This document shows, one piece after another, positions 26,763-31,776 of a stretch of DNA of 31,776 nt. Numbering within the stretch: position 1 is the stretch's first letter; each line of letters begins with the position of its first letter. The notes beneath the pieces were generated by a model that was given only the letters and a program-made list of their open reading frames with translations, was not told the DNA's origin and searched no databases. The DNA comes from Nitrospirota bacterium (GTDB lineage: Bacteria > Nitrospirota > UBA9217), in assembly GCA_041495765.1 (NCBI GenBank), contig JBGQDI010000001.1, positions 1 to 31,776 of the forward strand, given 5' to 3'. The translations under genes were made by a program, and so were the position numbers.

Positions 26763-27931
26763 GGTTTTTCTTTGGCAGCCCCGCCCTTTTCTTCTGCTGA
26801 TTTTTTGCCTTGCTCGATCTTCTTCAGTTTTTCCTTGAGCTGTTCCAAAAGCTCGGCGTCGCTAGGATATTTTTTCCCGCGTTCCTCACCCATTGCATAG
26901 ATGTTCAGCGACCGGTCGCCATTCTGGTTGGTAACGATGATCAAGTTCTCGACGATAAAATTCGGGTCGATGAACTTTTGGAAGAACTGAATGTTGTCAT
27001 AATCGACCACGATCTGTGCGGGCAGGTTCAGGTCGCCCGGCCCCTCGCCCGTCGTTGCGAAGGGGAAGAGCAGATAGCTTTCCTTGTTGAATATCTGTAC
27101 ATTGCCGAAACCGGCATCAAGTGCGTAGATCCGGTCCTTGCGGTCCAGGGCGATACCTTTCGGACGGGCAAAAGTGCCGCTTTCCTTGCCCATGACTCCG
27201 ACCGTGCCGAGACGGTGGCCGTCACGGTCGTATTTGAAGATCTTGAACCTGCCGGCATCGGATACGAACAAGTGTCCCTCGGAGTCAAAAGCCAGGTTGG
27301 TGGGGCGATGAAGCCGTTCCGCCGCTTCTCCCTCCTGGCCGATCTTTCTCAGGACGTCGCCGGTCTTGCTGTCAAGGACAACGACCTGGCTGTTCTGGAT
27401 GTCGGCGACGAAGAGCTGGCCCTCATAGGGCACAGCGTCGACCGGTTTCCATCCATCGGGATAGCCGAAGGCATTGATGAAGAAATCGTTCTTATCAAAG
27501 ACAACGACCTGGCTTCTGACCGTATCGGTGACGTATTTGGTGCCGTCGGGCGCGATGCGTATGTTCAGGGGCAGAATGAGCTTGCCTCTGCCCTGGCTTC
27601 CCGTGAACGTACCGAAGGTCTTGTTCACCAGGTCGATGACGATGAGCCCCTGGTTCACATCGCAGACATATATCTTTCCCTTCGAGATGGCGACACCGTA
27701 GGGCTTGTCTATCCTGAGCCCGCTTTCCTTCTCACCGGTCACGAAGGTCTGGAACGAGGATTTTCTGGCGACGATGTCCTTTTCGCCGGTCAAGGACATG
27801 AGAAACTGGATCCGGGCAAGGTCCGGCGGAGGCGGATAGAAGACCTTGGGCGCTTCCACCGGTGCATGCGCAGCACAGGACGTAATGAGAAGGAAATGGA
27901 TAAGAACAAGGATCTTTTTTACACTCTTCAC
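26759..27931 (-). CDS. NHL-repeat beta-propeller lipoprotein
   Basis: GTG start with GGAG RBS; lipobox ITSC; repeats KPYGVAI, RPTNLAFD, RPKGIALD. Confidence 0.9.
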   Translation of the reverse strand: MKSVKKILVLIHFLLITSCAAHAPVEAPKVFYPPPPDLARIQFLMSLTGEKDIVARKSSFQTFVTGEKESGLRIDKPYGVAISKGKIYVCDVNQGLIVIDLVNKTFGTFTGSQGRGKLILPLNIRIAPDGTKYVTDTVRSQVVVFDKNDFFINAFGYPDGWKPVDAVPYEGQLFVADIQNSQVVVLDSKTGDVLRKIGQEGEAAERLHRPTNLAFDSEGHLFVSDAGRFKIFKYDRDGHRLGTVGVMGKESGTFARPKGIALDRKDRIYALDAGFGNVQIFNKESYLLFPFATTGEGPGDLNLPAQIVVDYDNIQFFQKFIDPNFIVENLIIVTNQNGDRSLNIYAMGEERGKKYPSDAELLEQLKEKLKKIEQGKKSAEEKGGAAKEKP

Positions 27932-28043
27932 CGGATGTTCTCCATTTCCCGGCACTTTTCCACGAAAAGTACCGGACATGTTGAAATTGCGCTGCTTTCT
28001 TCTGGCTGAGCTTGCAGCGCATACCTGATTACGAAGGTGTAAC

Positions 28044-28072
28044 TTTATAACATAGTGGCTTCAATATATCAA
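28044..28072 (-). promoter_or_regulatory. sigma70 promoter of the assembly operon
   Basis: TTGATA-N17-TATAAA with TG extension. Confidence 0.65.
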
Positions 28073-28174
28073 CAGCAGGATGTGCGCAGCTTTTGGCAAA
28101 ATCTTAAATAACGCCCAACATCGTGTGCGGGAAGTTTCCGGGTCGACCGTTTCCGGTCTTGAAAGGGCAACAAA

Positions 28175-28213
28175 CAAAACAAGAGGGGGACAAGGTCTCC
28201 CCCTCTTGTTTTG
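28175..28213 (-). terminator. Strong intrinsic terminator after the omcE-like gene
   Basis: Perfect 16-bp stem CAAAACAAGAGGGGGA / TCCCCCTCTTGTTTTG, 7-nt loop, U-rich on the minus strand. Confidence 0.85.
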
Positions 28214-28233
28214 ACTACAGATAGTAAGTGCTG

Positions 28234-28998
28234 TTACTTTGCGTGGCAGGTGAGGCAGAGCGCGCTCTGAAAGTCCTCGACCCAGGTGAACTTCGCGCCT
28301 TCGTTCTTGGTGTTATGAACGTCGTGGCAGGAAGAGCACTCCATCCGGTTGTTCCAGAGGAGGTCGGAGATGTAGAGGTTCCAAGTTCCGTTGCCGATGG
28401 GGCCCCAATCGGCAGTCCGGATCTCGTCGTCAAGGACGCCCGCTACTGCGGTGTAGTCGAACCCGATGGGGTGATGGTTCTGGAGGTTGCCGCCTGCGCC
28501 GATAGCATACTCGGTCGCGGCCAATTTGGCGCCTGCTGCATTGCCTTTCGAGGGGTTCAGTCCACCGCCCAGGTTGCCATAAGCGGCGACGGCGATAGAA
28601 CCGTCATGGCAGCTCAGGCAAAGGATGGAAACGCTGCCCGGCTTCGTCAGGATGGCATTCAGCTGATGCTGCGTGCCCGTCGGCTGACTGAGGCCGCTGG
28701 AATACAGTTTGTTCGTAAAGTCCACCTGGGTTACATCATGGTTCCATAACGGATAGTACGAAAGGGGGTTGACGCCGGCAGCAGCTTCGGTATCGAGTGC
28801 TGCGTGGTGCGGGGTATGGCAATAGATACAGATACGGTCCAGCGTGTCTGCGGCATTGCCGTAGGTTTTGCCGTCACCTGCCGAGCTCATGTCATGAGCT
28901 GTTCCTTTGATTCCGTTTCCCGCGACGTATGCAGCCTGTGCAGTTGTTCCTATTACGAGGAGCAAACTAATGGTAAAGCCAACGATTAATTTCTTCAT
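28234..28998 (-). CDS. omcE: OmcE-like extracellular tetraheme cytochrome c (candidate nanowire subunit)
   Basis: SPI signal; AHDMS, ICIYCHTPH, PLWN, LYSS, LCLSCHDG, NHHPIGF, MECSSCHDVH and SALCLTCH at the C-terminus. Motif order matches Geobacter OmcE as recalled; AGGAG RBS. Confidence 0.85.
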   Translation of the reverse strand: MKKLIVGFTISLLLVIGTTAQAAYVAGNGIKGTAHDMSSAGDGKTYGNAADTLDRICIYCHTPHHAALDTEAAAGVNPLSYYPLWNHDVTQVDFTNKLYSSGLSQPTGTQHQLNAILTKPGSVSILCLSCHDGSIAVAAYGNLGGGLNPSKGNAAGAKLAATEYAIGAGGNLQNHHPIGFDYTAVAGVLDDEIRTADWGPIGNGTWNLYISDLLWNNRMECSSCHDVHNTKNEGAKFTWVEDFQSALCLTCHAK

Positions 28999-29056
28999 TG
29001 CACGATCTCCTTTTTTCTTGTCTTCATCTCTTCATCAATAAAGACAATTAGTTGAC

Positions 29057-29084
29057 TGCAGGGTTGTCGTTCGACAACCCTGTA
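29057..29084. other. Stem-loop in the 5' UTR of the omcE-like gene
   Basis: CAGGGTTGTCG-tt-CGACAACCCTG, perfect 11-bp inverted repeat. Confidence 0.65.
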
Positions 29085-29176
29085 ATGCAGAATTCTGAAA
29101 TTTGTGTTGCCTCCGCCGGGATTCCCCCGAATTCCGAACGAAGGTACTACTAGATATGGCAGGCTGTTAAATACCT

Positions 29177-29210
29177 TGCAATTAGAGTGCCGAATAAAAA
29201 CACATTGATT
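29177..29210 (-). promoter_or_regulatory. sigma54 promoter of the omcE-like gene with candidate IHF site
   Basis: CGGCACTCTAATTGCA (29177-29192); AAA-CACA-TTGATT (29198-29210, one mismatch to the IHF consensus). Confidence 0.75.
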
Positions 29211-29568
29211 TTATAGTGAGTTAATAAAATAAGATAAAACGTGGCCAATAATAGCTCGTGAAATAACCCACTCTGCTACATTATGCTGCTGGTGATGGGA
29301 TTATTTTTAATACGACGGCACTGAAAAATAAAAACACTCTAAATGTCAAAGCGATACCTATAAAACAGGGAGAACGATAGCGACATTTATGATGCCTCGA
29401 TAGACCCTGCGCCAAGGATAAAACCTAATAACACAATTTACCAACCTTATGCGCAGCAAGCTCCAGTAGCTTTCTTGGGTAGAAAAAAATAATAAGAACA
29501 TAAACAAATCAATTGGTTTAATTGTAACAACTACTTGTGACGAGCTGTAAGGGTGAAATGCCCCCGGT

Positions 29569-29595
29569 TTTGGGTTAAATTAACGATAACCCAAA
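29569..29595. promoter_or_regulatory. Inverted repeat, candidate enhancer (UAS)
   Basis: TTTGGGTTA-N9-TAACCCAAA, about 105-130 bp upstream of the plus-strand sigma54 promoter. Confidence 0.45.
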
Positions 29596-29697
29596 CCTGA
29601 ATATTTATAGACATAACCATATCAATTCGCGTCTTATGAATTCATATGTTTATTATTTCAGCAGGTTGTGCGCATTCTTGGTTGTTGAAGGAAACGC

Positions 29698-29713
29698 TGG
29701 CATTCATTGTGCA
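29698..29713 (+). promoter_or_regulatory. sigma54 promoter of the large cytochrome
   Basis: TGGCATTCATTGTGCA (GG-N10-GC). Confidence 0.65.
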
Positions 29714-29852
29714 ATTAGGACTATCAAGAAATTATGCCATTTAGGTTTTTCCCCCAAGGTAAGGCATGTTTTTCGGTATGGCAGGATCAAGAGGGTGAGC
29801 GGGAACAGGAATCTGAATTAAGTCACGAAACAATCCGAAAAGGAGACGCAAC

Positions 29853-31776
29853 ATGCATGTTAAAAAAAGTTTAATGCTGTGGGTTGCCGTACTTGCCCTG
29901 GCACTTCCGATGATGCTTGCCGGGACCGCCAGTGCCAAGTACATGGGCGACGGCGCGGTACAGGACGGCGGGACCGGCGGCTGGACAACGCCCAACGATA
30001 TGATGTGCATCGTCGGCGTACACGCTGACGGTACCTTGGATATTGCTGACGGCGTGACAAACGCCAGGGACTGCATCTACCTCCAGACAGGGACCATGAA
30101 TGGCGGAACAGCCTTCGACCTGACGGGGATGACCACATCTGCTGCATGTAAAAACGCAGGCGGCACAGGAAACGACGGTGCAGCACATGCCTGGGCGACC
30201 ACCTACTGCTCCAAATCCTTGAAGGGTCTGGACAGGACCCAGAAAATGTGCGAAGGGATTGGCGGCACCTGGGTGACCTCCGGCAAGTGCGTCGCCTTCG
30301 GCAGGGCGTTTAAGGGCCAGGATGCCAGCGGCACGCCTCTGGCGATCGGGACGAAAGGCAATACTGCCGCGGGCTCGGGCTTCTGCTATGCGAAGATGAG
30401 AACGGGCCTTGCAGATGCCAGCTGCCCCTCTGTCGTTGGCAGCCTTTTCGGGACCAAAACTGCGACATCGACTGAAGCCTTCGCCTATTCGGCGCCGACT
30501 TCAACGAATTGTACCTATGATTTCGGCATCAACGGCGTTCTCGATGCTGCGCTCACGAAAGCCAATGGCACGACCTACGCGGCTGGCACGAGTCTTGATC
30601 TGAGCGCCGTCGCTACACAAGGCGACTGTCTTGCCAATGGTGGTAAATGGGAACCCTGGGTACCCATGGGCACGTCAGCTGTAATCGGCTCCATTACTGG
30701 CGTTACCTTCGATCTCACCCGGCAGGCGGTTAACGCCGATGAGGGTTGCCTCCATTGCCACAGCACCAAGACCGAGTATAACGGACCTGCAGAGAGAGAG
30801 AAAGACAGCTATCTCAAGACCGGCCATAAGAATATGCTCCGGAAAGTAACAGCCGGCAATAACTATGCAGGCGCTGATGGTGCACTGTATACTGCATATG
30901 CGGCCGGATCCTTAAACTTCGGCACCACCGGTAATAACGACGCAACCGCCACTGTCGCTGGTGTTGCCAAGCCGCTCCTTTACCTTTTCGGTGACTGGAT
31001 GGCGCCAGCGCCTGCCGGTCTCGATGTTGTTGTCAGTATGAGCGGAGCAGCAAAGTATAATGGCGGCAGCGACTATAGCTGCGCAGCCTGCCATACGGCA
31101 GGTTGGAGCGACACCAGAGCAACAGCCGGTCTTTGCTCTGCTTCTTCAAAGACCAATTCCGCTACTTGTACGGCAGCTGGCGGCACCTGGACCCCACTTT
31201 CCGGTGTACAGGCCATCGGTACCCCCGGCTACGCTGCAAAACAGCCGGGCGATCCCTTCGGGGGGATCACCTTCGGGGCAGCAGGCCAGTGGGATAGTGA
31301 CGGCATTACTTGCGGAAGGTGCCACAATGCAACCGTTCCGTCGGTATCAGCGGCACAGATCGCTGCATCAGCCTTCCCGGCAACCGCTCCCACGTCCGGC
31401 GGAATGGGCGCGCTTGCAGCGGGCGTAACAAGGAACAGCCTCTGCTTCGGTTGTCACCAGAGCATGGCCAAGACCAACAATGGCATCGGCGCGGATGCGG
31501 ACCTTGCGAATCCGACGGCTCTTATTGTCAAGAACACCGCAGTTGCACCGGCCTATGTCCCCGGATTCAGCGGCCATGTGCTCGGCAACTCGTTCCTGAA
31601 TAGCCCGCATGCACGGTTCACCGGGTCTGTCGTGCCGAACTCTCTCGGCAAGTATGATCTGGCAACCAATACGGCTGCGAACTACAACAGCACGTTCAAG
31701 GGCTACACCTGCTGGCAGTCACCTACTTCCAACAGCCCGGCAAAGACCAATGCCGATGGTACTGAAATAAAGACCA
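29853..31776 (+). CDS. Large secreted multiheme cytochrome c with Cys-rich CxxxGGxW modules (partial, at least 641 aa, open at the window end)
   Basis: Not in the ORF track; translated manually with no stop. AGGAG RBS; signal MHVKKSLMLWVAVLALALPMMLAGTASA; CLHCH (30747), CAACH (31080), CGRCH (31311), CFGCH (31443). Confidence 0.9.
   Translation, partial: MHVKKSLMLWVAVLALALPMMLAGTASAKYMGDGAVQDGGTGGWTTPNDMMCIVGVHADGTLDIADGVTNARDCIYLQTGTMNGGTAFDLTGMTTSAACKNAGGTGNDGAAHAWATTYCSKSLKGLDRTQKMCEGIGGTWVTSGKCVAFGRAFKGQDASGTPLAIGTKGNTAAGSGFCYAKMRTGLADASCPSVVGSLFGTKTATSTEAFAYSAPTSTNCTYDFGINGVLDAALTKANGTTYAAGTSLDLSAVATQGDCLANGGKWEPWVPMGTSAVIGSITGVTFDLTRQAVNADEGCLHCHSTKTEYNGPAEREKDSYLKTGHKNMLRKVTAGNNYAGADGALYTAYAAGSLNFGTTGNNDATATVAGVAKPLLYLFGDWMAPAPAGLDVVVSMSGAAKYNGGSDYSCAACHTAGWSDTRATAGLCSASSKTNSATCTAAGGTWTPLSGVQAIGTPGYAAKQPGDPFGGITFGAAGQWDSDGITCGRCHNATVPSVSAAQIAASAFPATAPTSGGMGALAAGVTRNSLCFGCHQSMAKTNNGIGADADLANPTALIVKNTAVAPAYVPGFSGHVLGNSFLNSPHARFTGSVVPNSLGKYDLATNTAANYNSTFKGYTCWQSPTSNSPAKTNADGTEIKT

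Noticed and set aside
29722-29734. Perfect IHF consensus TATCAA-GAAA-TTA
   Set aside because: Lies at or after the predicted TSS rather than between promoter and enhancer; role unclear.
29827-29851. GAAAC..TCC-GAAA-AGGA-GACGCAA resembles the P2 arm of a c-di-GMP-I/GEMM riboswitch
   Set aside because: No P1/P3 elements; the AGGAG is simply the RBS and the following sequence is coding.
1-31776. CRISPR arrays, tRNA/rRNA genes, transposases or integrases
   Set aside because: No repeat-spacer series, RNA gene signatures or recombinase motifs seen.

Overview
GC-rich (~55-60%) anaerobe-type bacterial DNA. The lineage looks Desulfobacterota/Nitrospirota-like, but this is inference only. The left half holds housekeeping and accessory genes: cytochrome c maturation CcsA/ResC, HU, two Slp lipoproteins, a lone ParC-type topoisomerase A subunit, a CpXC zinc protein, two sigma54-driven small membrane proteins, TPR-oppD-oppF, a class A beta-lactamase-fold serine hydrolase, a receiver protein, a 15-heme cytochrome and an Ig-repeat surface protein. 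The right half (17.4-31.8 kb) is an extracellular electron transfer locus. A monocistronic, sigma54-driven OmcE-like tetraheme cytochrome (candidate nanowire subunit) is followed by a separately promoted putative assembly/secretion operon: NHL propeller, pentaheme lipoprotein, outer-membrane beta-barrel, two degenerate SurA/parvulin chaperones, a second NHL propeller, and a 12-heme cytochrome carrying an OmcE-like module. A sigma54 activator converges on this operon. A divergent, large Cys-rich multiheme cytochrome runs off the window end and is absent from the ORF track. Short periodic repeats and a truncated GxxExxY fragment mark three intergenic sites. No rRNA, tRNA, CRISPR array or intact transposase was seen.
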